Part shown: positions 1 through 11,664 of the stretch, one piece after another
Numbering within the stretch: the first letter of the stretch is position 1
How the letters are laid out: each line of letters begins with the position of its first letter
Assembly (NCBI GenBank): GCA_001662655.1
Contig: KV460209.1
Strand: one strand, 5' to 3'
Length of the DNA: 64,000 nt
DNA from: Pseudogymnoascus verrucosus
Lineage: Eukaryota
Program-made: the position numbers and the translations under genes
The notes under the pieces: model-generated
What the model saw: only the letters and a program-made list of their open reading frames with translations
What the model was told of the DNA's origin: nothing
Database searches by the model: none

Positions 1-49
1 TTACAGAGAGTTTTTTTTGGACAGATTGCTAACTATTTTTTCCTTGTAG

Positions 50-174
50 CTTGCTTTGGCGGTGTTCAGCCCACAACTGGTAATCTCCAGATCTACGGAG
101 ATATCTTCTTCAAGTCGCAGTTCGTCGTCTTCAATGGCGGGAACAACACCATCGGCCTCGCGCCGCATGCTTAG
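50..174 (+). CDS. Last exon of a secreted A1 aspartic protease (penicillopepsin/endothiapepsin-like); gene starts upstream of the window
   Basis: After GCTAAC...TAG (acceptor 48-49) the frame reads [40 protein letters not shown] (TAG 172-174), matching the pepsin-family C-terminal motif CFGG...I(F/Y)GDIFxKxxFVVF...IG.A. Confidence 0.85.
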
Positions 175-928
175 AATATAGGGTTTTGAAAAACCCGATG
201 TTAAGAGGCAGGAAAGAAATAGTAGGAGTTACATAGTGGAAAAGGGAAGCGGGAATGCATCACATGGAGCATGGCATAGGCTTGGAGTTTTGTGGTTGTG
301 ACATTTGTCTGCACATATTACTTGGCGAGGAGTATGGGATTATAAAACCCTCCTTAGCAGTGTTAGAGAGAGGTAGAAAGAGAAAGAGAATTGAAGAGAT
401 CAAACAATTTTTTAGAATCTGTTACTGCATTTTTGAGCGTGGTGGCGACTTTGTTGGCGAAGGGCGTTGATTTAGTGGTGGAGGAGTGGGGAGCGAGCGG
501 GCCGTCCCGAGATGAGGTCTTGGGTTTGTCCCACCTTATGTTGAGTCTGGATGCCGCAGAACGGCTGATCTATATATCATGAATCATAAAAGGCATAAGT
601 GTGAAGTCTGCCTTTTTTGGAATATAGTTTTTCTTTTGGCGCTAGGGTATTGGACACCTACCACACGGATGTCAGTTCGATCGTTTATAACAAAGCGGAT
701 GTTGCGGAGCGGAATCTGAAGAATAATCCAGTGCAAACAATACCCAACCAGGCCAGTCGACATATAAGTTGTGAAGTTGTTGCTCTGATATGCTGCTTTC
801 GTAAGTTCTCGCTATAATCGAGGTTGCGTATTCGCACAAGAACCTTATTGAGCTTCACGCATTACCTTGTTCCGTCTCGAGGACTTGTTCCGTCTCGATG
901 AACCAGAGCTATGATTGGGTTTCACATA

Positions 929-1025
929 TACTCTTGCTGTCGCTTACTCTTGCTATCGCTTACTCTTGCTATCGCTTACTCTTGTTGTCACTTACTCTTG
1001 TTGTCGCTTGGTCCTTGTTATCACT
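929..1025. repeat. 16-bp minisatellite, five clear copies plus one degenerate copy
   Basis: Units TACTCTTG(C/T)T(G/A)TC(G/A)CT at 929, 945, 961, 977 and 993, with a degenerate unit at ~1009; CTTGTTCCGTCTCGA is also duplicated at 866 and 884. Confidence 0.9.
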
Positions 1026-1729
1026 TATACTCTTGCTTCTGGTGAATCGCTAGAGCTCTCACGACTCCCACTATATGTCCAATGGCATCTGTTTTATCAC
1101 GGCGCCCCCTCCATTCCTCGTGTGGCAGTCCTGCCCAGTCCATAACTGCCTCTGTCAGCCCCAGAGACCCAGCCAAGTACATATGTCTTAAATATAACAG
1201 ACGAGGAAGGCCTTAATGTCCTTGAGTTTGTCGAGTACGACAGCAAAAAGGATGGAGACCATGATCCTTCACTTATTTATTAGAAGGTAAATCCATACCT
1301 GGAAACTCCCATTTATAGCATAACATAATTCCACGTCTTCGCTTTAGAACCATCCTTATTTATATGGCAAATGTATCGCACCATAGTGATGTTAATTAAT
1401 TAATTGTTATGGATAGCATCTATGTTATTGTCGTTACCGTATTGCCAAGCCTTCCATACAGGGAAGCATGTGGATCGTCGGGGCACCTGGCACTTCGCGT
1501 GCTCTCACGACCACATCACAACATGGCAAACTACGCCTAGGCTTGTAAGATAGCAAAGACTCCACTGTTATTGGTGAATTCGGGATTATAACAGTGGTTT
1601 TGGAATATTTCACTCTTTTGATTTACAGTGCGTCCGAAAAAAGAACCTTTGAAACATCACTGATCGTTCTCCAACAGATACACCCATTGGATATTTTTCA
1701 AGATCTAAGCAATTAACACGTCGGCGAAG

Positions 1730-3629
1730 ATGAATTCTCGCGCCTTTTGCGTACCCTCTCTCGTACGCTCGTTGAAGGGCCTCCTGACACGCTCACATCT
1801 GGGACAGAGTGCACGTGGTGCTCCAGGGCTCCATCCCTACAGCCGCCGTGCCATCCCTACTCGGGAGCTTACTGCAATAAGCGGACAACATTTGGTGAAT
1901 CCGAAAGAGCAGCAGGATGAGTTGTTCTCCTACACGTCTGGTCGTTACCTCTACAATTAGCAGCGCCGGCTGGCAGAGAGATATGTTGAGTTTAACATCG
2001 ACGAGCTCAAAGCGGTTGCGGCAGAGAGTGTTGGCAGAAAAAGAGTATCACACATGAAAAAACTCGCAGAGGGTGGGTTTAACAGGGTCTTCCTCCTTAC
2101 TATGGATGATGGGTTCGAAGTCATAGTCAAGATCCCCTACCATCTCACAGTACCAAAGCACTTCACAACGGAGAGTGAAGTAGCCACGCTCGATTTCCTG
2201 CAATCGAAAGGGATTCCCATTCCCCGCGTCTATGCCTGGTCGTCCAAAAGTGATAATGCCGTCGGTACGGAGTATATTATTATGGAGAAAGCTCCCGGGC
2301 AGCCGCTTGAAGACCGGTGGTTCAGTCTAAACCCGAAGTAAAGAGTACGCCTTGTTACGAGCTACATCGAGTTAGAGATAAAGCTCTTTTCCCTACGCAT
2401 CGATGCATTTGGCAGTCTGTACTACAAGGAAACTCTGCCGCCGCACCTGCAAGCAGACATCTACGCTGCTGATACGCCGGACGAATCGGGCGACGCAAAG
2501 CGCTTCTGCGTTGGTCCTGCTGCCGACTACATGTTTTGGCGTGGGAAACGTGATGGGCTTGAGTTGGATCGGGGTCCCTGTATGTATTCTATATTCCCCT
2601 ATACATTGCTATATAAACTCACTCATAAATCATGATACAGGGCGAGATCCGCATGCCTACCTCCGCGCAATAGGCACAAAAGAGCTGGAATTGACGCGCC
2701 GTTTCGGGAAGCCTCTAGAGAATGAGTTTCCGCATGGTGATATGCTGGAGGGAAAGATCGCCCCGGAGGCATACATTGAGCTTTTCGACAAATATCTCGC
2801 TCTAAGCTCTTATCTCCTGCCGAAAAGCAGGGACAATTTGTTGAATCGGCCAACATTGCGGCATCCTGGTATGTATCGCCGAAGGCTCGTGGCGTGGCGT
2901 TTGTCGGCTAATTAGCCACTAGATCTTAACCCAACGAATATATTCGTATCAGATGAGTGCGAAGTATCATGTATAATCGACTGGCAGCACACCACCGTCC
3001 TCCCCTTTCTCCTCGCTGCTGGAAACCCCCCAATCTTCGAAAATCCGGATCCCACACCCCCAAAAGACTACGTAGCACCGACGCTCCCAGAGAACTATGC
3101 GTCATTAAACCCCGACGAGAAAGAATACGCTGACGAACTACATCGCCGCAGGATGCTATTTTATCTCTACATGATCTTCAATGGTAAGGATAACAATGAC
3201 CACTTCTCTGCGATGCGCTCACCACTCTTGGCACAGCGCCAGCACCTCATAGACCGCGCGGGAATGCAGTGGACTGGCAATACTGTCACCCTGCAAGGGG
3301 CTCTAATGCGCGTCGTCGACGGGTGGGGTTTACTCGCTTTAGAAGGGCATGGGGGAGTTGAGTGCCCCGTGAGTTTTGGCGCTGAGGAATCTGAGGCGTT
3401 CTATGAGCTTGAGAAGAATTGGTTTAATGCAAATATTTTGGTAGAGCACTAGAGGGATGGGTTGGGTGGAATGAGCGAGGATGGATGGGTGAGGAGTGAG
3501 GTCTTTGAAGAGGCCGTCGAAAAGAATCGGGCACTCAAGAAGGAGTGGTATGAAATGGGGGAGAATGATGAGGATAGAGCTCTTGTAGAGCGGTCTTGGC
3601 CATTTGACGACCGAGAGGAGATTGAGTGA
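1730..3629 (+). pseudogene. Aminoglycoside-phosphotransferase/kinase-like fold (Aim9-like) gene with three premature in-frame stops
   Basis: One continuous frame: FSYTSGRYLYN*QRRLAERYVEFN...KLAEGGFNRVF...SEVATLDFL...EYIIMEKA...LNPK*RVRL...; introns 2580-2640 and ~2868-2922 give GPW and LRHPDLNPTNIFV...IIDWQH. Stops: TAG 1958-1960, TAA 2339-2341, TAG 3450-3452. Natural end WPFDDREEIE* at 3629. Confidence 0.85.
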
Positions 3630-6360
3630 GATTCAACCTCGGTCGGATCAGGTTGTTAAAGGGGAATGGCACACGAATACTTGTGCTGCCCAAAGTCCGA
3701 GAAAGGGGATGTGTATAACAGCAATTTAGGGAGGCTAAGAGCAGCCTGAAGACCGCGTCGCCGCTCTGAGTTTGTACACTAATATAAATAAAAGTTCTTA
3801 ATTACTTAGAATTATAATTATTGTGTTCCAGTCTTTCAACTAGTTACTCAAGAATTAACCCAAAGGGAGATGCTCTTTTAGCTTCAACTAAACTTATCAA
3901 TTTCGCCTGTGCACAGTCCCTATCTCAGACTCTAAGGAAACTTGAATAGATACCCAACCATTCACAAATAATATACTAGACTTACACGCTCTTCGGGACC
4001 GCCAATTCAAGACACGAAGCATCCCTGGTCCATCTCTTCTCACGACCCTGTAACGACGCATTCCGACAAGGCTGTACCTCTGTATGTGCGTCAAACCTAG
4101 TCTTACCACGAGAACGCAGGGCGAAGAAATCAATCGATCAAGGCAGCAAAACACTCAATCCATAGTGATCACAGTCGACTAACTTCTTCGCATTTGTTCA
4201 AGTCGTAGCTCATGGCAGGGCCGCGTACTTCCAGCGATTGCGCCTCAGTTGTCATTTCCACATATTTCCCGCCTACTTTCACTACATTGGCAAGCCGCCT
4301 CCATCAACTTCCGCAACCGCGCCACAGCACACTCTCGTGGCTGTTGCCGTAACGTCGTAGCTACCGATCATATGATTCCATGAGCGACGACGCACCAGGC
4401 GTTGCACAGCGCTACGGGCATATATATTGCGCTTGGCACGCGCGGCACAGCGCCATGTCATCTCCACATTCTTGGGAGAGCATATCACAACTTGGCTTTC
4501 AATATTTCGCCAGCTTGGCCAGCTCGGCCTGCTCGGCCATCTCGCAGCGCACACAGCGCCTTGTCATTCACTGGAGAGACAATCTCACAGCGTCACTTTC
4601 GATACCTCGCTGGCTCGGTCAACTCGGCGTGCACAGCACTGTCTTAGTCCATGGCGCAGTATCACCCCTCCTGCCGCGGAGGTAGACGGGCACTCGGACC
4701 TCTCCCAAAATTATGGATGGCGACTGAGTCTGTACGCTATTGAAAAAGGCTCGACTATCTCACGGTACACACGTCCTACCGCCCACGACCCGACTGAGAA
4801 ATGAGTTGTGCTGTGTACGGTTCTCGTCCATTGCGGACTGTACAGTACAGCATCGAGAACAAATATTGCAAACAGCCCTGCAGTTCGCGCCAAGCAACGA
4901 TCATCGTGGCCGCCCATACATCGTGGGCGTCGATCCCGAAGCTATGCCTTTCTTCCAGTCCATGCCATCGCCAGTCCTTTCGCTACCAGTCCTTCCGTCT
5001 GACTTCCCGTGACTTCCGTGGTCTTCCCGTCTTACAATTACACTGATATCTCCGTACCGGTACTTGGTTGGTCCCCCTTTCTTCACTACCATATCAATTC
5101 AGGCACCTTCCGCCAAGTCCGCCACCATCCAGCCACCTCACTATCAGGGCACCGCTATCCCCGAAACGCACTATACGAGCAGCCATCAACGCAACCACTA
5201 AATTCTCAGCCGCCAGCTATCTCTGCCAGGGAAACAAGGAGCCACAACAACCCAGACATTCTCCCCCTCTCTAACCCAACGCAGCGATCCCGCACCAGAG
5301 CCGGACGATTGCAGGGCCGAGCGGGGGGTAATGGAAGGGTTATGATTGGGCCGAAGGGTCGTATATGCGGATTATCATGCGCCGTGGACCCGGGATAGAT
5401 GCGACTTGTGTGTTGGCTAACTACTCTACGGCGCTGGGCTGTACTAGCAGTACTAGCTGTACTATAGCTGGGTGCGGGTGCAGTAAGGGCCAAGGAACGT
5501 CGGACTATTGAAAATTTATCGATACGAGGCGGGAAACATGGCTGAATTCTCACTATAGTACATGCAAGGAGGGACATCTTTTGATACCTTAGGACACGTT
5601 CAGACACGTCTATCCCGTACTCGCTGGTGTGGGAAATGTGTATTACTCCGCATAGGAAGGGTAGTGTTCTACTTCCGTTGTACATGCCTGCACAACACGT
5701 CGTTTGTCTTACAATACGCATCTTGGAAGTACTTTACTATGCTCTCTGTACTTTCTGTGCTCGGTCGCAGCATGAAGGCGACATGAAAGCGACAGGTGCC
5801 CCCACTACCGACTCCCTGCTCCTAGCTCTGGTCTGGCTCATGTTTCTTCTCTAGGGCCTATGGCGATCCTCTGTTCTGACAGCCTCCTCCCTACCAATAT
5901 GGGCCCACTGCTGCCCTACTGATCGCCCTATGGCCTCGCTTCCCGGATGCATCGCTCTATCGCATCTGTTCCCGCTTCCTTGCAGCATTTATGGCCCGCT
6001 CTGTTCTTTTTTTGTCTCATCAAGGCCTGTGCTGTCCAAAGTACTGTACATACGGCACCCAAAAGGTAGGGGTATCTCCAGACCGACCTGTAAGTTTTCT
6101 CCCATTTGTCTGACTTTCCACGCGGCACACGGCTGTTGTCGTCTATTATTGATCGTCCGTCAAACCTCAATCCTCCCTCTCTTTTCCCCTCCTCCTCTCT
6201 CCTTCCCTTCCCTCTTTCTCCTCTCCCTCAACCCCGGACTTCTCCATTCGGCGAGTTCGATAGTCACTCGCTTTTGTGCGGTCTTGCTTCTCTTGCTTCT
6301 GTTGCCTCGCCCACTCTCGCTCTCACCTCACCTTCACCTCCGAATCACATCACCGCCATC

Positions 6361-8785
6361 ATGAAGCTCTCCCTCACCCTCCTCGCCGCGGCCGCGGCCC
6401 TCACACCGTGCCTTGCGGACCAGACATGGCCCTCCTCCATTGACGAGCTTGAGGACATCATGTTCCTCACGGCAGGCTATCGCAAGCGGACCTTCACTGA
6501 CTCCGTGATTCCCTGCGAGAAGAGCCCCAACACCGCCGGCCGCATCAACGCCGCAGAATGGATCCGCACCGCCTTCCACGACATGGCCACCGCGGACACC
6601 TACAATGGCATCGGTGGCCTTGATGCCTCCCTCCAATTCGAGATTGGCCGCAGCGAGAACGTCGGGCCCGCCTTTGAGACCACTTTCATCTTCCTCCAGG
6701 CTTTCCTATCTGTGCGCTCCTCAATCTCGGATCTCCTTGCGCTGTCCATGTATACCGCTGTTCGCGCCTGTGGTGGGCCAATTGTGCCCATCCGCACAGG
6801 TAGAATTGATGCCACAGAGAGTGGAGCTACGGGAGTTCCAGTGCCAGAAAACCCGACTCAGACGTTTGTTGCTCAGTTTGCACGTATGGGCTTCAACACG
6901 AGCGAGATGATTGAGCTCACTGCCTGTGGGCATACCATTGGCGGCGTGCATGCTGCTCAGTTCCCATTGATCGTTCCCGTGGGGACAGCAAAGAATGAAT
7001 ATGCGCTTTTTGACGATGCTACGCAGGCTCAGTCCAAGTTTGACCATGGCGTTGCGAGAGATTATGTCTTGGGAAATACGACGAACCCGATGGTAGTTGG
7101 TATCGCCAAGGCCAATGGGCGCGACTCTGACGGCCGCGTTTTTGGGGTTGACAAGAACGTCACCATTAAGGCCCTGGCGAACCCCGTGGTGTTCCACGAC
7201 CGCTGCAAGGTCGTCCTACAGCAGATGATCGATGTCGTCCCACCGACGGTTAAACTCACGGAGCCAATTCAGCCGTATGAGATCAAGCCCGTCAATCCCC
7301 AGCTTACCCTTGTTGCTCCTGGCACCACTCTGTCGTTCACTGGAGAGATCCGCGTGAGAACCACTGTTCGTGCGGCGGATAAGATTTCCAGCGTAAAGCT
7401 CGTGTACAAGAACCGCGATGGCGAGGCTGGCGGATCCATCACGACTACGTCTGTAGGAGCTGCATCCGGCTTTGATGACTCGTTCACTGTAAGTATGATT
7501 CCGTGACATTTATATATATAGCTAACCAGTCGACAGTTCTACAAATTTGCCGCCTCAATTGATTCCACGAAGAGTATTTCTAGCTTCACCGTTGAGGTTG
7601 CCGTTGCTGATGGCACCACTGAGACCCACGACAACAATGGAAAGGGTTACCCGGTGGAGGACTCAGTGATCCTACAGTCACCACAGAGTTGCTTAGAGAT
7701 TTTCACTGATACTGATAATAACCGTGTACTGACCATCGTTGCTGCCGTAAGTACTTCCAATTTCCAGCCAATATGAACCATGCTTACTTCTGTAGAAACG
7801 CACCGCAGTCACAGGCACCCCAGCCGTTGACCTAGCCTCCTTAAAGGCTAGAACCGGCGGTCTCGTCGTCCCTATGCTCACACACTCCTCCCTCCCTATG
7901 ACAGCCGGCAAATCCTATGGTCCATACACCTTCTACTCCGTGACCACCAAGATCGGCTCCACCCTCTCTCTCCGCGCCACCTTTGACGTTACTCTGGGCA
8001 CAGCCAAGGACGTCTTCAAGCGCACCTCCAACCTCCCCGATGGATGCGTCCCCTTTGGATCCGACACATCGACCTCCATGGCCCCACCGACCACGACTCA
8101 GCAATCATCTACCACCGTAAGCCCTCCAACCTCAACCTCAACAACAACCCCGCCTCAATCATCAGGCTGGGCCTCCCTAGGATGCTACACGGACTCCACC
8201 TCCTCCCGGACCCTCCCTGTCATCGCTTCCCCGGCCGGCGGATCTGCAGCCCTGACGAACGCCCTCTGCCAATCCACCTGCAAGTCCCTCGGTTACGTCC
8301 TCGCTGGTACCGAATACTCCGGAGAATGCTACTGCGGGAACTACATCTCGTCCACCGGAAAGCCCGCCACCTCCGGCTGCGACATGGCCTGCCACGGCGA
8401 CGCGGCACAGAAGTGCGGCGGCTCGGATCGCCTGAGCCTCTTCGGCTTTGGCGGTGCGAAGGCAGCGGTGGCGCCAGTTCCCCAGAGTAAGAAGACCGTG
8501 GAGGGGGGGTATAAGTACCAGGGTTGCTACGTGGATTCGCGCGATGCGAGAGTGCTGAGCGGTGCGGAGCTTGCGGATGATGCGTTGACTTTGAAGAAGT
8601 GCGCTTTTTTCTGTAAGGACGCCGGGTTCAAGGTGTTTGGTGTGGAGTATGGCAGAGAGTGTTGGTGTGGAGCGGCATTGGGAGCGGCGACGAAGGTGGG
8701 CGAGGAGCAGTGCAACCAGGCTTGTGGTGGGGATGCGACCGAAGCCTGTGGGCAGGGGGATCGTCTTAGTGTTTACGTGAAGTGA
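6361..8785 (+). CDS. Secreted heme peroxidase (plant/fungal peroxidase superfamily) with two C-terminal WSC domains
   Basis: Signal peptide MKLSLTLLAAAAAL; distal WIRTAFHD and proximal ACGHTIGG motifs; introns 7489-7536 and 7747-7795; Ser/Thr/Pro linker; two WSC repeats (LGCYTD...GTEYSGECYCG...CGG; YQGCYVD...GVEYGRECWCG...ACG). Confidence 0.9.
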
Positions 8786-9610
8786 AGGCTTAGGAGGGAG
8801 TGGCATAAAGGCGGTATTTTCTTTTTGTTTGGGGTGAAGGGTGGAGGAGGATAATGGCATGACGGGGAGGAGGAGAAAAAAATAACGAACAGCATTGGAG
8901 TATAGTTTTGTTGTCGATACATAGATTCTTGGTATATTGTTGGATAATATTCGTTGCAAATGCGATGGTATTTAATTTTCTCACGCGCGTTCACAGCTTT
9001 AATTTGTATCAGGTCTCATGTGCAGGTATTAGGGGTCGGCTTGTGAATGCCAGCAAAATTTCTCACTATCTATGAGTAGTAGACAAGATGATATCCATCC
9101 CAGCTAACGCATCCCAGAAAGTTCATGAAGGGCACGGAGCCCCCCCGCAACCATCGCATCATTAGCATCCCCCGACCATACAGTCTCGAAGCAACACTCA
9201 ACTTCCTCAACCACGTCTCCTGCGCGAGAGCAAGACGTGCAATCCTAACCCTAAAAAAAACACTTTAGCGACGGATATGGAAACAAATATACACATCCAA
9301 AAAGTGGCAGATATTGCCTCCAGAGAACCCTGACGCTAACATTCCCTATAGAACATGGATATCAATCCTAAAGGAATGCGCATTTCAGCGCATCTATTTA
9401 TAATTATTTCTGTTGGTAGAAAGCAATTTCGGATAATATATTTCCAACAGTGGTGCACAGCCCCGCCAAGGCACCGACCGATGGATGGAGGGGTAGTTTT
9501 GGATATGGAGCGACATAAAGTAGAAGAACCACCCCGATAAAAAGGATAGAGGTTGACTTTTGTTAAAGGACTCAAATATATCTTCAACACTACACTCACC
9601 TAATCTCAAG

Positions 9611-10708
9611 ATGTATATCACCGAAGTACTAAGGGCTACTGCCACGGATAATGATCGCCTTCTCAAGATCATTTCCGAAACAAACTATGGCCCCGCCGCC
9701 CTTCAACAAAGCAGCAATTATGTCGATAACCTCAAAAAAGACATCACAGCGCAAGAGAAACTCCTCCGAGACACCAAGATCACCATTGCCCGCGAAGAAG
9801 CCGAACACAGGGAGTACCAAACATCCCATGTTAAGCGTCTAGCCTACAGATTGGGAGGCAAGCGTGAAAAGTTCGAGCAGAAAGCATCCAAGGAAGAGCA
9901 AGACTGGGTTGAAGCCGTACAGAGAGGATTTGAAGTTCAGAAGAAACTTGATCTTCTGAATCAAAATATAGCCGAAGCAACCAAGACATGCGCGGAGATG
10001 GAAACTGTAGTAGCTACCTACAAACAAGCAGAATATGAACTGGACTCACTCTACAAATCTGTCTTCCAGGGGCCAACACCCGATATCCCTGGAGAGGATC
10101 AACTCGAAGGCGCTGTGTATCAAGCAACCACGGAGTTCAACTTGGCTCAGGGCAATGTCGACAAAGGGAAGCAGGTGAGGAATCTCCTCACCAGCGCGAT
10201 GAAGTTCCTCTACGAGGCCACTCAAGACGTTGAGAGCGCAAGAAGTAATGCGAAGATGGATGCATTTGGGTTTGACAGCACGTTTATGGACATCGCCGAG
10301 GCGAACGCTCTTTCAAGGGTAAGGCAAAATGTCAGCCAGGCCGAGATGTTAGTTACCCAAGCAAGGACCATGGATCCATTGATTGGGAATATTGGAGCGG
10401 TAGTACATGCGCAGAGCCATTTCATGTCGGAGGTGCTGTTCGACAATGTCTTTTCCGACACGAAGAAGTACAATGAGATCAAGCGATCGCAGGAATCCAT
10501 CTTGAAAGCGAAGAACTCTCTCCAGACTATGATTGAAGCATCAACTGGGAGACTTGAAGTTGCGGTGGTTGAATCAATGAAGGCAAGGCAATCGCTTGAG
10601 GAGAAGAGACTACAGCTGCAGCAGATCAGAGCCGAAGCATATCAAAAGGCTGCTAGAGGAGAATTGGTGCCTGTACAGCAGGGACCGCCACCAGGTTATC
10701 AGTGGTAG
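9611..10708 (+). CDS. Intronless hypothetical coiled-coil protein (~365 aa) with a C-terminal PPxY motif
   Basis: Long ORF from ATG 9611, helical E/K/Q/A-rich composition, ends GPPPGYQW. Confidence 0.75.
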   Translation: MYITEVLRATATDNDRLLKIISETNYGPAALQQSSNYVDNLKKDITAQEKLLRDTKITIAREEAEHREYQTSHVKRLAYRLGGKREKFEQKASKEEQDWVEAVQRGFEVQKKLDLLNQNIAEATKTCAEMETVVATYKQAEYELDSLYKSVFQGPTPDIPGEDQLEGAVYQATTEFNLAQGNVDKGKQVRNLLTSAMKFLYEATQDVESARSNAKMDAFGFDSTFMDIAEANALSRVRQNVSQAEMLVTQARTMDPLIGNIGAVVHAQSHFMSEVLFDNVFSDTKKYNEIKRSQESILKAKNSLQTMIEASTGRLEVAVVESMKARQSLEEKRLQLQQIRAEAYQKAARGELVPVQQGPPPGYQW

Positions 10709-10953
10709 GCGTCAAACAGACAAAGGAGACAGGTGATTTGATTATAACTGAGTCTGGACGCGCCTTTCGTTTCGCGAAGACGTCGATTGGGAAAGGGACA
10801 CTCCTACGTAATATCGCTCTTGTATATATAATATCAATTGTCGTGGGTCACTTCTTCTATATCAAAAAGGCGTGGTGCCAGAGTTGTGTTTTATCGTGCT
10901 CTAGCAGAGAGTTGTCCTTTTTTAAGTTGGCAAAAAAACAAAAAAATATTAAA

Positions 10954-11034
10954 CGACGTGGGCAGGATTTGAACCTACGCGGCCGAAACCATATGATTTC
11001 TAGTCATACCCATTAACCACTCTGGCACCACGCC
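10954..11034 (-). tRNA. tRNA-Ser(AGA)
   Basis: Reverse complement GGCGTGGTGCCAGAGTGGTTAATGGG-TATGA CT AGA AA TCATA-TGGTTTCGGCCGC-GTAGGTTCAAATCCTGC-CCACGTCG: cloverleaf, long variable arm, B box, downstream oligo-T terminator. Confidence 0.95.
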
Positions 11035-11664
11035 TCGGATAATTGGAAAGATAGGAGCTGCATCTCATAATATACTGTAATTATGTTGTTTTAGGGGGGA
11101 TATAACATATTTCTCATATCTGTCGGTCGTGCTTTCCTAATTCATCCCACCCAGTCGTAGTTTCCCTACAAATTCGTTCTGGCGCTAGTTACTGAAAGAT
11201 CTAGAGGGGCACATAGAAACTACAGTTGCTTCAAGCGTTTACAGTATCTACATATATAATAAAGACTTAAAGTGACTGTGAATGAAAATAGTACGAGGGA
11301 CCGTAAATTATATAAATGGGTACTTTAAAAATCCATGAATACGATAAACTATCTTAATAACTAACAACTAAAGGAAACTAACTGTCTTAGTAACTAAGTG
11401 TGAAATAAACCGCCTTATTAACTAACCGTAGAATAGAGACTGTTAAGAAAACAAAGGCTCTTAATTACATAGAATTAAATAACCATATCACAGGCCTTCC
11501 CTTCCATATGATATGTCGATTTGAGCGTAACTCAAATCGACAATCAGTTGCTGACTAATCACATAATCAACCCACACCGCCCTGGCAGAAAAAGTCCCAA
11601 TCCCAAAACTTTCCAAACCTCCAAATCCGCATCCCCCAATCCACCACAACACACCTCCCCAAAA

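Noticed and set aside
3700..6300. Many short overlapping ORFs upstream of the peroxidase
   Set aside because: No recognisable motif or consistent splice model; probably promoter/UTR or unidentifiable decayed sequence
9244..9254. CCTAACCCTAA telomere-like sequence
   Set aside because: Under two repeat units; compatible with chance
11200..11520. AT/TpA-rich tract between tRNA-Ser and ESF1 suggesting a RIP-mutated transposon relic
   Set aside because: No terminal repeats, target-site duplication or transposase remnant identifiable
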